This document shows positions 27,496-36,257 of a stretch of 64,000 bases of DNA, one piece after another. The stretch covers positions 2,264 through 66,263 of the forward strand of contig JALSRD010000019.1 in the NCBI GenBank assembly GCA_026984935.1, in the 5' to 3' direction. Numbering within the stretch: the first letter of the stretch is position 1; the number at the start of each line of letters is the position of its first letter. The position numbers and the translations under genes were made by a program. This stretch comes from Desulfobacterales bacterium (GTDB lineage: Bacteria; Desulfobacterota; Desulfobacteria; Desulfobacterales; JALSRD01). The notes beneath the pieces are model-generated. The model had not been told where the DNA came from and did not search any database. It saw only the letters and a list, made by a program, of their open reading frames with translations.

Positions 27496-27735
27496 ATGGA
27501 TATCCGCATCGGCGATATGCCCATCGTCAAAAACGATCTGAGAAGGCATCCCGGCAAATCCGGCCAGCAGGAAAGCGGCCGGCGCAAAGACCGGCGCAGG
27601 AACCGCGAAGACCGCAGAAAAAGCGTCCGCGACGGTGTTTTTGTGCGCCTCTCCTTCAAGGAAGACCGCCGCGTGACGCCGGACCGGCGTAAACAGCGCC
27701 AGTTTTACGATCGACTGGGCCGCTCGTCAGGATAG
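27496..27735 (+). CDS. Small (79 aa) arginine-repeat protein, unknown function
   Basis: GGGAGG RBS 7-8 nt upstream of the ATG, preceded by a sigma-28-like promoter. It carries repeated xRRxxDRR units (GRRKDRRRNREDRR, KEDRRVTPDRR). Confidence 0.6.
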   Translation: MDIRIGDMPIVKNDLRRHPGKSGQQESGRRKDRRRNREDRRKSVRDGVFVRLSFKEDRRVTPDRRKQRQFYDRLGRSSG

Positions 27736-28067
27736 CATCCAAAATTTCGCATGCCAGCCGACGGCCGACAGGCTGCCAGCCCGCCCTTTTATTGCCAACG
27801 CGCTGCCCCCCTTTTGGCAGAATTTGCCCTTTAAAAACCCAAAATCCTGTGCTACAGATAAAACATACCCTCTAAAAACCGGTACGGGTTGCCACCGAGC
27901 GTCGTGCGCGGTGTGGCGAAACGCCATGGCCCATAAAAGGCCGGCATGTATCTCAGGCCCGGCCCACCGGCAGTTGAAAGATTGTGCGCCCATTTGCTGT
28001 CAGAATTTTTGCTTGAGACCCGGCCCAAGTCCCACCACCTGCCCGGTTTCACGAATACGGTCTTGAC

Positions 28068-29045
28068 ATGCAGCAGGACTTTTTCGATTTTGATGAATTC
28101 GAAGTACCTCAGCACCCGGTGAAAAAAAAACGGCGCCGGGGAAGGCTCTTTATCTTTCTGGGCATACTGGTCGCCGTACTGGCCGGACTGGGTACGATAC
28201 TGGGCATATTCCGCTCAAACGACACCTACCTGGCAAAAGACCTGCGCCAGACTTTCAGCATTCAACCGCCACCGGCCCCGGAGCTGCCAAGCCCCAAACC
28301 GTCCGAACCTGCCCGACCCGCCAGCGGCGGCACACCGGCTCCGGCATCAGCCCTGCCGACGGCACCCGCCGGCCATGCCCAGAACACTCAGGACCGTGCA
28401 CCGGCAGGCGGGCGGTCTCCAGAACCTGTGGGCCACTCCCCGGCCCGCAAGGTACAGGAGCAGCGCAAGCCGGTCGCCGCACAGCCGCCCCACCTGAAGA
28501 GTCGGGAAGCCGCCGGTCAGCACCGGCCGTCGCCTGTGGCAAAGACGCCCCCGGCCACGGCGGTGCGCAAAGCGCAACCGGTAGCCGCCACCACGGTCGG
28601 CGTTTCCGAGGGTGCCGAAACCAGGGGCCTGAAGACACCTGCCGCAACGCCTCCATCTGTTGAAGCGGCCCGCAACAACCCCCGTAAAAAGCCCTCGGGA
28701 AAGGCCGACTGGCTGCAGCCTGCGGATCTCGTTGAAAGGGGGGCACTGACCGCCGCCGCCGGGCGCTACCGCAGGTTTTTGCTCAAGCACCCGGCCAGGT
28801 ACAGCATCAGCCTCGAAGTGGCCTGCAAGCGGGAGACGGTGATGCGGGCATTCGAACACGCGGGGCCCGGGCACGAGATGTTTGTGCTGCCCAAGAAGAT
28901 CGGGGGAAAATCCTGTTTTGCCGTTCTCTGGGGACGCTACGCGTCCATCGCGGCAGCCAAGAAAGAAAAAGCGGCCGTGCCGTCTTTTTTCAGATCCCAA
29001 TCCTCGCAGCCGCGCATCGTTGCCCTGCATCCGATGCTGCAGTAA
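28068..29045 (+). CDS. Membrane-anchored Pro-rich protein with SPOR-like C-terminal domain
   Basis: A KKKRRRGR segment followed by a TM helix (LFIFLGILVAVLAGLGTILGI), a long P/A-rich linker, and a C-terminal ~80 aa (YSISLEVACKRETVMRAF......FAVLWGRYASIAAAKKEKAAVP) resembling a SPOR fold pattern. Confidence 0.55.
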   Translation: MQQDFFDFDEFEVPQHPVKKKRRRGRLFIFLGILVAVLAGLGTILGIFRSNDTYLAKDLRQTFSIQPPPAPELPSPKPSEPARPASGGTPAPASALPTAPAGHAQNTQDRAPAGGRSPEPVGHSPARKVQEQRKPVAAQPPHLKSREAAGQHRPSPVAKTPPATAVRKAQPVAATTVGVSEGAETRGLKTPAATPPSVEAARNNPRKKPSGKADWLQPADLVERGALTAAAGRYRRFLLKHPARYSISLEVACKRETVMRAFEHAGPGHEMFVLPKKIGGKSCFAVLWGRYASIAAAKKEKAAVPSFFRSQSSQPRIVALHPMLQ

Positions 29046-29123
29046 AGCCGCCGCGCGGGTGCACCTTCCTGCGCAAAACCGGACAAATTAAGACGGGCGG
29101 CCTTTATCGGGCCTCCGGGTTGC

Positions 29124-30731
29124 CTACTTCAGGCTTTTGATGCGGTCCATGCGGCTGACGATCTCGGTGATGCGGATGCCGTATTTTTCGTTTTCCACCA
29201 CCACTTCGCCCTTGGCGATCACCTTGTCGTTGGCCAGGATGTCCACGGGCTCCCCTTCGAGTTTGGCCAGTTCCACTACGGACCCCTGGTGCAGGCCAAG
29301 CACATCGTTCAGCTTCATGCGCGTACGGCCCAGTTCGACGCTGATCTCCAGCGGAATGTCCAGCACGAAATCCAGGTTTTCCCTGGGCGGTCCGCCGGCC
29401 GGAGCTGCCACCGCGCGGTGCTGAGGGGCTGCGGCAGGTGGCTTTTGCGGTGCGGCCGCCGGTGGCTGTGCATCCGTCACTGGTGTTGCCGGGGGCGGGA
29501 TGTCTGCTTTTTCGGTGGACCCGGCCGGCCGGTCATCCGGGGCGGAAGAGGCCGGCCCATCGGCAGGCGTTTTAGTCACGGCTGCAGGAGAGGGCTCCGC
29601 CGCCGGCGCTTCCGGCGCGGTCTGCATTTCGCTTTTGGCATCCTCGGATTCCGGCACGGCGGCGGAATCGGGTACTTCGGCCCGGTCCCCGGCATCCTGC
29701 TTCAAGGCTTCCAGACCCTTGACCCCGACTTCGACCACCCCGGTATGCTCCTGAAAACGGAAGGCAAAGCGATCGTAGCTTTCCATGTTCAGGGATTCGA
29801 TCCGAAAGTCGCTGCCGGTGGTGATGGATGGCGGTGACAGGCTGCAAGCCACACCGGCATCGGTAAATACCGATTTTAGACCACCGCCGACGATATTGCT
29901 GATCTCGCCGAGCAGGTCTTTGATCTCGTCATCGCTCTCGATTTCGTCGATTTCGATATCCAGCATGTTGGCCGTCATCATCCGCGAAAAAGACTCCGTG
30001 ACGCCGATGGTCACGATGCCCATGATCTCACCGGCGAAATTCACGGAGCCCACCATACGGCCGTCGCCTGAGCTTTCCGGCAGGTCTCCCGTCACGATCT
30101 CCACCGGCATGGACAGCATGGTATCGAAAACATCCACCAACGATTCGCTGACCGTGGCTTTCAGGTCCAGCTTGCCGATGACTTCAAAGTTTTTGGGAAC
30201 CTTCCCCGCCCCTTGTTCCGCAGATGCGCCGTCAGCCGCTTCCGCAGTGCCTTTCTGCGCCTTCAGGCCGACCTCCACCCATACCTGGTCGGTCCCGGAC
30301 TGAAAGACAAAACGCTCAAAAGTCTTCATGTTCAGCGATTCGATGGTAAAATCGCTGCCGGCGGTGATGGAAGGTGTCGAAATGCTGCAGTCATAGCCGG
30401 CATCCAGGAAAGCCGACTTCAGGTTGCCGCCGACGATGTTGCTGACTTCACCCAAAAGGTCTTTGACCGGATCCGGACCTTCGATTTCGTCGACCTCCAC
30501 GTCCAGCATGCTGGCGGTCATCACCTGCGAGAACTGCCTGGAAACATCGATGGTGATCAGCCCCATGACCTCGCCGGCAAAGTTCACGGCGCCGACGATA
30601 CGTTCGGATGTCGGCCGCTCTTCCGGAACTTCGTCGACCGGCTCAATGGACATGGACAGCATGGTGTCAAAAACTTCGATCACCGAGTCCGAAACCTTGG
30701 CTTTTATGTCTACCGCTTCCTGCAGATCCAT
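29124..30731 (-). CDS. Flagellar switch protein: tandem CheX/CheC-like phosphatase domains fused to a FliN (SpoA) C-terminal domain (FliY-like)
   Basis: Two ~160-aa repeats, each with the D-x3-E-x2-N...P site (DLLGEVSNIVGGNLKS..STP and DLLGEISNIVGGGLKS..SPP), a P/A-rich linker, and then LDIPLEISVELGRTRMKLNDVLGL..GSVVELAKL.GEPVDILANDKVIAKGEVVV....YGIRITEI. Confidence 0.85.
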   Translation of the reverse strand: MDLQEAVDIKAKVSDSVIEVFDTMLSMSIEPVDEVPEERPTSERIVGAVNFAGEVMGLITIDVSRQFSQVMTASMLDVEVDEIEGPDPVKDLLGEVSNIVGGNLKSAFLDAGYDCSISTPSITAGSDFTIESLNMKTFERFVFQSGTDQVWVEVGLKAQKGTAEAADGASAEQGAGKVPKNFEVIGKLDLKATVSESLVDVFDTMLSMPVEIVTGDLPESSGDGRMVGSVNFAGEIMGIVTIGVTESFSRMMTANMLDIEIDEIESDDEIKDLLGEISNIVGGGLKSVFTDAGVACSLSPPSITTGSDFRIESLNMESYDRFAFRFQEHTGVVEVGVKGLEALKQDAGDRAEVPDSAAVPESEDAKSEMQTAPEAPAAEPSPAAVTKTPADGPASSAPDDRPAGSTEKADIPPPATPVTDAQPPAAAPQKPPAAAPQHRAVAAPAGGPPRENLDFVLDIPLEISVELGRTRMKLNDVLGLHQGSVVELAKLEGEPVDILANDKVIAKGEVVVENEKYGIRITEIVSRMDRIKSLK

Positions 30732-31228
30732 GCTTTACCGCCTGGTGAAAGGGTCCGTTTCCCGCGGCTTTCCGGCTACGGCCGCCTGTGCCGCAGAATT
30801 ACTTATTTCATGTTAACGGACTGAATGCAATGCAAAAATTAGGGATGTTACCGGATCCTGTCAGCCGGCATGCAGGAAATGGGGGGGGCAGATGGGGAGG
30901 CGGCACGTCCGGGTTCGGCAGATCCATACGTCCTGAATGCAAGGCGCGCGGCGGAGCCATGCCACCTTCCGGCAGAAGGCGGCCGACTCCCACGCCGGAA
31001 TCGCAGCACGTATGCTGCAGCGCTTGTCGGGTGCCGGCCGAAGCCATGGGCGCACGCAAAAACAACTTCACATTTCAAATGCCGATGCATCCGGCCTGGC
31101 TGTATTGCGAACGCTCGGAATACTCACGATGTTCCGGCACTTTCACGCCTTGCCAGCCGCGCCCGCAGCGTGGCAGGCCGCTGACGCCGCAACGCTAAAA
31201 ATCAAGCAAACTTATTCGCGCGCTAACC

Positions 31229-31720
31229 CTATGTGATCGCGTCGAGCTGCGCCATCTCGCGGGCGCTCAGCACACGATCGATATCCAGCAGGATCTTTAC
31301 GTTGCCGTCAACCTTGGCCATACCCAGGATGTAGTCCGTATTCAGGCGTGATCCGAAAGCCGGCGGCCCTTCAATATCGTCCGCTTTCACGTGGAGCACC
31401 TCGGACACCGCATCCACCACAACGCCCAGCAGAACCTGTCCGGACTGGCCGACGACCTCAACGACAATGATGCAGGTACGCTCGGTGTAGTCCATGGGTT
31501 CGATGGCAAACCGGAGCCTCAGGTCAATCACCGGAATCACCTTGCCCCGCAGGTTAATGACGCCCTTGACATACTCCGGGGTCTTGGGAACGGAAGTTAC
31601 CGGAATCATACCAATAATTTCCTTGACTTTTAAAATGCCGATTCCATATTCTTCCTCAGCCAGGCTGAAAGTCAAGTATTTGCCCTCTTTTTCGTCAACG
31701 GCCTGGGCCATCTGTTCCAT
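31229..31720 (-). CDS. cheW: Chemotaxis coupling protein CheW
   Basis: 163 aa. YLTFSLAEEEYGIGILKVKEIIG...VPKTPEYVKGVINLRGKVIPVIDLRLRF... is a full-length CheW pattern. Confidence 0.9.
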   Translation of the reverse strand: MEQMAQAVDEKEGKYLTFSLAEEEYGIGILKVKEIIGMIPVTSVPKTPEYVKGVINLRGKVIPVIDLRLRFAIEPMDYTERTCIIVVEVVGQSGQVLLGVVVDAVSEVLHVKADDIEGPPAFGSRLNTDYILGMAKVDGNVKILLDIDRVLSAREMAQLDAIT

Positions 31721-31774
31721 GGCAACCTTCCTGCAGATTTGGGGTTCACACGAATTTGGCTGTTCGCTACTGGA

Positions 31775-31801
31775 ATATCGGCAGGCAGCTTAGAGAACTT
31801 A
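31775..31801 (-). promoter_or_regulatory. Sigma-28-type promoter upstream of cheW
   Basis: Minus-sense TAAG-N15-GCCGATAT, ~55 nt upstream of the ATG. It shares the extended CTGCCTGCCGATAT with the MCP promoter at 42753-42779. Confidence 0.55.
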
Positions 31802-31818
31802 AATCCGCAATTGCGCAA

Positions 31819-32024
31819 ATTTGACTAACACGCAAAAAATCGGCTTCGAGCAGATTTCAAGACTTTTGGCCAAAAAGCGCTGTGCGCAGGTGAACGCTGA
31901 AATATCAGGCTGCTTGAGGAGCAAAGCGATGCCTTTTGGGGATCTGGCCTAACGGCGCACAACTTTCGCAAAGGCTTGCGCAGGCGGGAAGCCCGGACTT
32001 TTTGCGAAATCATCAGATTTCAAA
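31819..32024 (+). repeat. MITE-like dispersed intergenic repeat, long form (copy A)
   Basis: ~205 bp. It aligns along its whole length with 32919-33124, and in reverse orientation with 58697-58832 and 36154-36228. Imperfect terminal inverted repeats: CGCAAAAAATCGG / CCGGACTTTTTGCG. Confidence 0.75.
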
Positions 32025-32033
32025 GGAGCCTCG

Positions 32034-32489
32034 CTAGAGGTAATCCCCGCGGTTGAACTTGATCACTTCCAGCGAAGATGCGACCAGGGCCTGGCTTAAG
32101 ATATCACGAAGCCCGTCGCCGGTCGGCAGCTTATCCAGATGCGCCGCCAGGCTCCGGCCGTCCTGGGTAAGCTGCTGCACGATCGGTTCCATCTTTTTAA
32201 GGCTTACCCCGGCATCCGACAGTTGCTGCTGGTAGATCTGCAGTTTGTCCAGGAAATTCCCCACCAGGCCGACAAGCAACTTGGTGTCCAGCGCTGCTTC
32301 CGGCCGGAATTCAACTCCCGCGGCCGGCCCTTTTGCCGACACCCGGGCCACTGGGCTTTCCGGGCCGGCGGCATCTTCGATTTTGCGGTTCAAAATCGCC
32401 CCAAACTCTCCGTTTGGAGGTTTGGCGCCTGTCTGCCGTTCCTGTTCCGATGCTGTTTTCATGATTTCACGATTCGGAAGCACTTTCAT
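32034..32489 (-). CDS. Hypothetical flagellar-locus protein, possibly FliX-like assembly regulator
   Basis: Start at MKVLPN (AAGGAGA 6 nt upstream). The C-terminal pattern FLDKLQIYQQQLSDAGVS...LRDILSQALVASSLEVIKF recalls FliX (LD.L..L...LLDG..S......L..VL.EIE.RAAVELAKL). This assignment rests on memory of the family, not an alignment. Confidence 0.4.
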   Translation of the reverse strand: MKVLPNREIMKTASEQERQTGAKPPNGEFGAILNRKIEDAAGPESPVARVSAKGPAAGVEFRPEAALDTKLLVGLVGNFLDKLQIYQQQLSDAGVSLKKMEPIVQQLTQDGRSLAAHLDKLPTGDGLRDILSQALVASSLEVIKFNRGDYL

Positions 32490-32918
32490 ACAAGGTCTCC
32501 TTTTCACTTTGCCTGCGGATTCGCCAAAAGCGTCTGTTCAACGGCTGCCTTCGCCGCGGCGGGAGACGGCCTTCAAACCGGCGGCGACGGGCAGGCGGCA
32601 GCCGGACGACACACACAAACTGAACCGGATGCCACAAACCAGCGGGCAAGAATATCTGTGCCGCCGCCTGCCGCTCATGGCACATGCAATAACGCTGCCA
32701 TCCAACCGCACCCCTCAAAGATGCGGCAACACACTGCAATCGCGGCGGTTTTCCAGAGATGACGGCATCTTCCGCAGATTGGTGGCATCGGCAAAAAATT
32801 CCCCTGCCGGCAGAGTTGTCCGCATCCTTTTCTGGTGACATCCCATTTGCCCGGCCCTTATCGGTCACCGGGTTTTTGCGGCAGTCTTTTTTCAGGTTCT
32901 TTGACCTGCCGAAACAAC

Positions 32919-33124
32919 ATTTGACAGACGTGCAAAAATCGGTTTCAAGCGGATACCAAGATTTTTCGGCAAAAGCGCGGTGTTGGCTTGAGCGTTAAAA
33001 ATCCCATGCTTTTTGGAGAGCTTGTATCAACGTTCCTGGAATTTGGCGCAACGGCGCACAGTTTTCGAAAAGGCTTTTCGGAAGGGGGGATCCGGACTTT
33101 TTACGAAATCATCAACATTTAAAA
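32919..33124 (+). repeat. MITE-like dispersed intergenic repeat, long form (copy B)
   Basis: See copy A. It lies in the divergent intergenic region between 32489 and 33265. Confidence 0.75.
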
Positions 33125-33264
33125 CAGAAAAGCAACGTGGCAGGGCATCTTCTGAAGATAAAAAAGCGACGTGGCATGATTTTTGAATTGAAAAGGGCTG
33201 TAAAATCGGCGGCACCCGGCCCAGGCCGTCTTTTTCGGACGTATACCTTCTGAAAGGATAACCC

Positions 33265-33870
33265 ATGTTGCTAAAAACCCGACACCTGGCACTTTGCGCT
33301 GTTTTCCTGGCACTGGCGAGCGGATGCAGCATACCATCCAAAATCAAGCTCCCGGCCCTGGGGTACCCGGAAGCCATCTATACCATCCCCGCCGACAATC
33401 CGGCCGCCGGCGAAACTGCCATGGTTTTCGGGTTCACCGAACCGCCCTATGCTCCGGGAGTGGGCCGGAGTGCGTCGCTCGACATGGCGCAGGCACTCGT
33501 TCAAAGCGGTGTGTTCGCGGGCGTCAAAATGAATCCAGCGGCTTGTAGCCAGTCGCTGCAGACTTTAAACGCCATCGCCCGGCATGCGGGCTGTGCTTTG
33601 TTTATCTGCGGAAATATCAGCTACTATTTTGAGGGCAGCGATTTTGCCGCTGCCGGCATTTCCCAGGATATCCGTGTTTTTAAAGCCGGCCTGCCACAGC
33701 CGCTGATGCTGTGGCAGGCCGAGGCCAGGGAGGCGGCAGCACCCATTGCGCGCACCGATTACATCCTGTTTCACAGCGCCGGCGCGGCAGCTCCGCCCAC
33801 GGACCTGCTGCTGGAGCGCAACAGCGCCAAGTTCAGCCACATGATCCGCGACCTGCCGCCGTCCGGCTGA
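33265..33870 (+). CDS. Lipoprotein, unknown function
   Basis: Signal peptide with a lipobox (LALCAVFLALASGC). 201 aa with no recognisable family. Confidence 0.6.
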   Translation: MLLKTRHLALCAVFLALASGCSIPSKIKLPALGYPEAIYTIPADNPAAGETAMVFGFTEPPYAPGVGRSASLDMAQALVQSGVFAGVKMNPAACSQSLQTLNAIARHAGCALFICGNISYYFEGSDFAAAGISQDIRVFKAGLPQPLMLWQAEAREAAAPIARTDYILFHSAGAAAPPTDLLLERNSAKFSHMIRDLPPSG

Positions 33871-33911
33871 CCTTTCCTTTGTTCCAGAGCATGCGGCGGT
33901 GCCTAACAGCT

Positions 33912-34178
33912 TCAGGCGTCCCGCTCCAGACGGTAGATGAATGCCAGCACCTCCGCCACGGCCTGGTAGAGTTCAGCTGGGATTTCGCTGTTGAAGTCGA
34001 GGGTTTCGAGCAGGTGGGCCAACCGGTGATCCTGATAAACGGGAATGTGATGCTTTTTGGCAACTTCGATCAGCCTGGCAGCCACCGCACCCCGACCCTT
34101 GCCGATGAGCCGGGGGGCATGGTCCCTCGCGGGATCGTATTTCAGGGCCACTGCAGTGCTTGGTTTTTTGTTTTTCAT
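33912..34178 (-). CDS. FlhB C-terminal-domain-like protein (EscU/YscU/HrcU family, YlqH-like)
   Basis: 88 aa. AVALKYDPARDHAPRLIGKGRGAVAARLIEVAKKHHIPVYQD..LA..L......IP.ELYQAVAEVLAFIY is the standalone FlhB-C pattern. Confidence 0.8.
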   Translation of the reverse strand: MKNKKPSTAVALKYDPARDHAPRLIGKGRGAVAARLIEVAKKHHIPVYQDHRLAHLLETLDFNSEIPAELYQAVAEVLAFIYRLERDA

Positions 34179-35500
34179 GCCCGGTAATCGACGATTCTGT
34201 CTGTTGCCAAAACGAAATCTTCGGTTTCAAAAGCATCGATCTTCTTTGCCGACACCACCACGTTGATCTTCAAATTGGCGAACAGGGGCTCCAGCGCAGG
34301 CGTCATGCGGGACAGCTGTCGGCTGATACGCGCTTTGGTTTCTGCTTTCTTAACGAAAAAGGTAATATCCAGGTTGCGCCGGTACAGGAAAAAGTCCGTG
34401 CGGACATCGCCCATGCGCTGCATGCTGAGCAGCAGCGACACCCGCTGCCCGCCGGCCTTGTCACGGCTGCGCCGGGGCGGGTAATAGACCTTAAGGCGTG
34501 CATTCTGGCGGGCCTCCTTTAGCGGGAACTCGTAGGTAAACACCTGTACCGGACCGGTTTTGGCATGCGCTGCGGATGAATCTGCCGTTGGCAGGTACAC
34601 GGCTTCCGGCCGTGTGTCGAAAGCCTGTTTCAGTATTGTTGCGCGGGATTGCTGGTGGTGGATGTTCTGCAGAAGACTGTCCAGCGAACGCTGAACAAAA
34701 CGCAGGTGCGCGTTTTCGCCCCTGGCCGCAAGAAACTCCGGCCGGTCAAGAAAAGCTTTGAGCAGCATGAGGTTGGGTTTCAGGTCGCTATGCATCAAAT
34801 CCCGGATTTCAGGGTGTTCGGCAAAATTGGTGGATGAGCGCAGCAGGACATGGTCCCACAGGCGACGAATCAGCAGTTCCAGTTTTTTCTCAAAAAGAAA
34901 ACCGGCGTTTTCGACGGATGCCTTGAGGCTTGTGGCCAGCTGCGTTCCGGAACCGCTGATTTCCAGGGGGGCAATTTCCCGCTGCACATTGGCAAGGGAG
35001 TGCAGCATGTCACCGGGAACTTTCAGGTTTTCCGACTGTGATGTATCCGACAGGAGAATTCTTGCAATTTCGGCGCGCAGCTGCATGGTGTCGCTAAATG
35101 GCAGTGACGGCGGCGGCAGTAAAACCGCGGGCCGGCTTCCTGTCAAGCTGCGCGGAACGTCCGGGTTGGCTGCGGCCGAAGACCCGGACATCAGTGCCGA
35201 CGACAGGCCGGCCAGACCGGGCTGCGGCGCCTCCTGGGCGCCCGGGTCTTCGATCTGGAACCGGATCCGGCCGCCGTCTTTTTGCGTCACCACAACCTGC
35301 AGCATGTCGCCGGCGCGAACCGGGAAATCAACATCGGCCAATGCCCTGAAGGGGCCAAAGGATACCACCGCACGTCGGGATCCGGCCAGGGCCAGCACCC
35401 TGACCGCCAGCCGATCCCCCACACTGGGCCCATCGGAATCGGCAAACGAACGGGCCGCGTCGGTGCCGATAAGCGCTTGTATGACTAGTGGTGCGGGCAT
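34175..35500 (-). CDS. Flagellar hook-length-control (FliK)-like protein
   Basis: 441 aa, overlapping the FlhB-C-like gene by 4 nt (ATGA). The C-terminal segment VSLLLSMQRMGDVRTDFFLYRRNLDITFFVKKAETKARISRQL resembles the FliK C-terminal domain pattern. The pairing with a FlhB-like gene is typical. Confidence 0.45.
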   Translation of the reverse strand: MPAPLVIQALIGTDAARSFADSDGPSVGDRLAVRVLALAGSRRAVVSFGPFRALADVDFPVRAGDMLQVVVTQKDGGRIRFQIEDPGAQEAPQPGLAGLSSALMSGSSAAANPDVPRSLTGSRPAVLLPPPSLPFSDTMQLRAEIARILLSDTSQSENLKVPGDMLHSLANVQREIAPLEISGSGTQLATSLKASVENAGFLFEKKLELLIRRLWDHVLLRSSTNFAEHPEIRDLMHSDLKPNLMLLKAFLDRPEFLAARGENAHLRFVQRSLDSLLQNIHHQQSRATILKQAFDTRPEAVYLPTADSSAAHAKTGPVQVFTYEFPLKEARQNARLKVYYPPRRSRDKAGGQRVSLLLSMQRMGDVRTDFFLYRRNLDITFFVKKAETKARISRQLSRMTPALEPLFANLKINVVVSAKKIDAFETEDFVLATDRIVDYRA

Positions 35501-35582
35501 GGATTTCAGCCATTGCGGGTGATTAACCTAAAAAAAACCAGTATGCCGCGCAGCAGACCGGCGATGCGGCATCTCCAGCTGT

Positions 35583-35610
35583 ATATCGGCATTTCAGGCC
35601 GCGGCCTTTA
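35583..35610 (-). promoter_or_regulatory. Sigma-28-type promoter upstream of the FliK-like/FlhB-C-like pair
   Basis: Minus-sense CTAAAG: TAAA-N16-GCCGATAT, ~83 nt upstream of the ATG at 35500. Confidence 0.5.
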
Positions 35611-35746
35611 GCCTGGCCCCGACTGCCGCGCATGCACGCTGCCGTCACCGGACCGGGTGGCCGGGAAATACGGCTAAAGGTCGGGGGCAATTTGACGGAT
35701 ATAGATGGTAAAACCGATGCCCGTCCACCACTACAGGAGAAGGTCA

Positions 35747-36028
35747 ATGAAACCACCGGCACGTAACGTGAAAGAATCCGGAAACCGGCGCTCCGGCCTG
35801 AACCGACGCTGGATCAACGCGCCATACAGCGGCCCCGAGAGAAGAAGCGGTGCCGATCGCCGGGAAGAGCGTCGGCACCGGCGTCGCACCGGACGCAGCC
35901 GCCTTTTCGTGCCCCTCGGGGAAAAGCTGGAACAAATAGATTGTGGGGAAAAACCCGCCCATGCGGCACCAGACCCGCAGAAAGACCGCACGGCCGTTGA
36001 AGCGGAAACCAAAAGCGATGCCCGCTGA
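35747..36028 (+). CDS. Small (93 aa) arginine-repeat protein, paralogue-like of 27496-27735
   Basis: Start taken at MKPPARN (AGGAGAAGG 5-8 nt upstream). Repeats: SGNRRSGLNRR and SGPERRSGADRREERRHRRR. Confidence 0.5.
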   Translation: MKPPARNVKESGNRRSGLNRRWINAPYSGPERRSGADRREERRHRRRTGRSRLFVPLGEKLEQIDCGEKPAHAAPDPQKDRTAVEAETKSDAR

Positions 36029-36153
36029 AGAAAAACAGTCCGCCTTCCGTGGGACCCGAAACACCCGGTGGCAGCCGCAAAACGCTGTTTAGGTCCCTGC
36101 AGGAAGCGGCCCTCCGTAATTATGCCATTTTATCCCGCCGCGCAGACGGCGCT

Positions 36154-36228
36154 CCGCAAAAGTCCGGACTTTTCGAAATAGGAGCGCGTCGCGTTTCTCC
36201 TCAGACAGCCTGGGGTTCAACGCTCAAG
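36154..36228 (-). repeat. Partial/degenerate copy (D) of the MITE-like repeat
   Basis: CGCAAAAGTCCGGACTTTTCGAAATAGGAGCGCG...TCAGACAGCCTGGGGTTCAACGCTCAAGG aligns with the left half of copy C and with internal parts of the reverse complement of copy B. Confidence 0.5.
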
Positions 36229-36257
36229 GCGGTACGGTGCCTTTCCCGCTGCCCCGC

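Noticed and set aside
27815-27828. Sigma-54-like TGGCAGAATTTGC upstream of the SPOR-like gene
   Set aside because: The GG-to-GC spacing is two nucleotides too short for a functional -24/-12 promoter.
27740-28060. Additional copy of the MITE-like repeat
   Set aside because: Only short patches (TTAAAAACCC, GAATTTTTGCTTGAGAC) resemble the element, and no collinear alignment could be made by eye.
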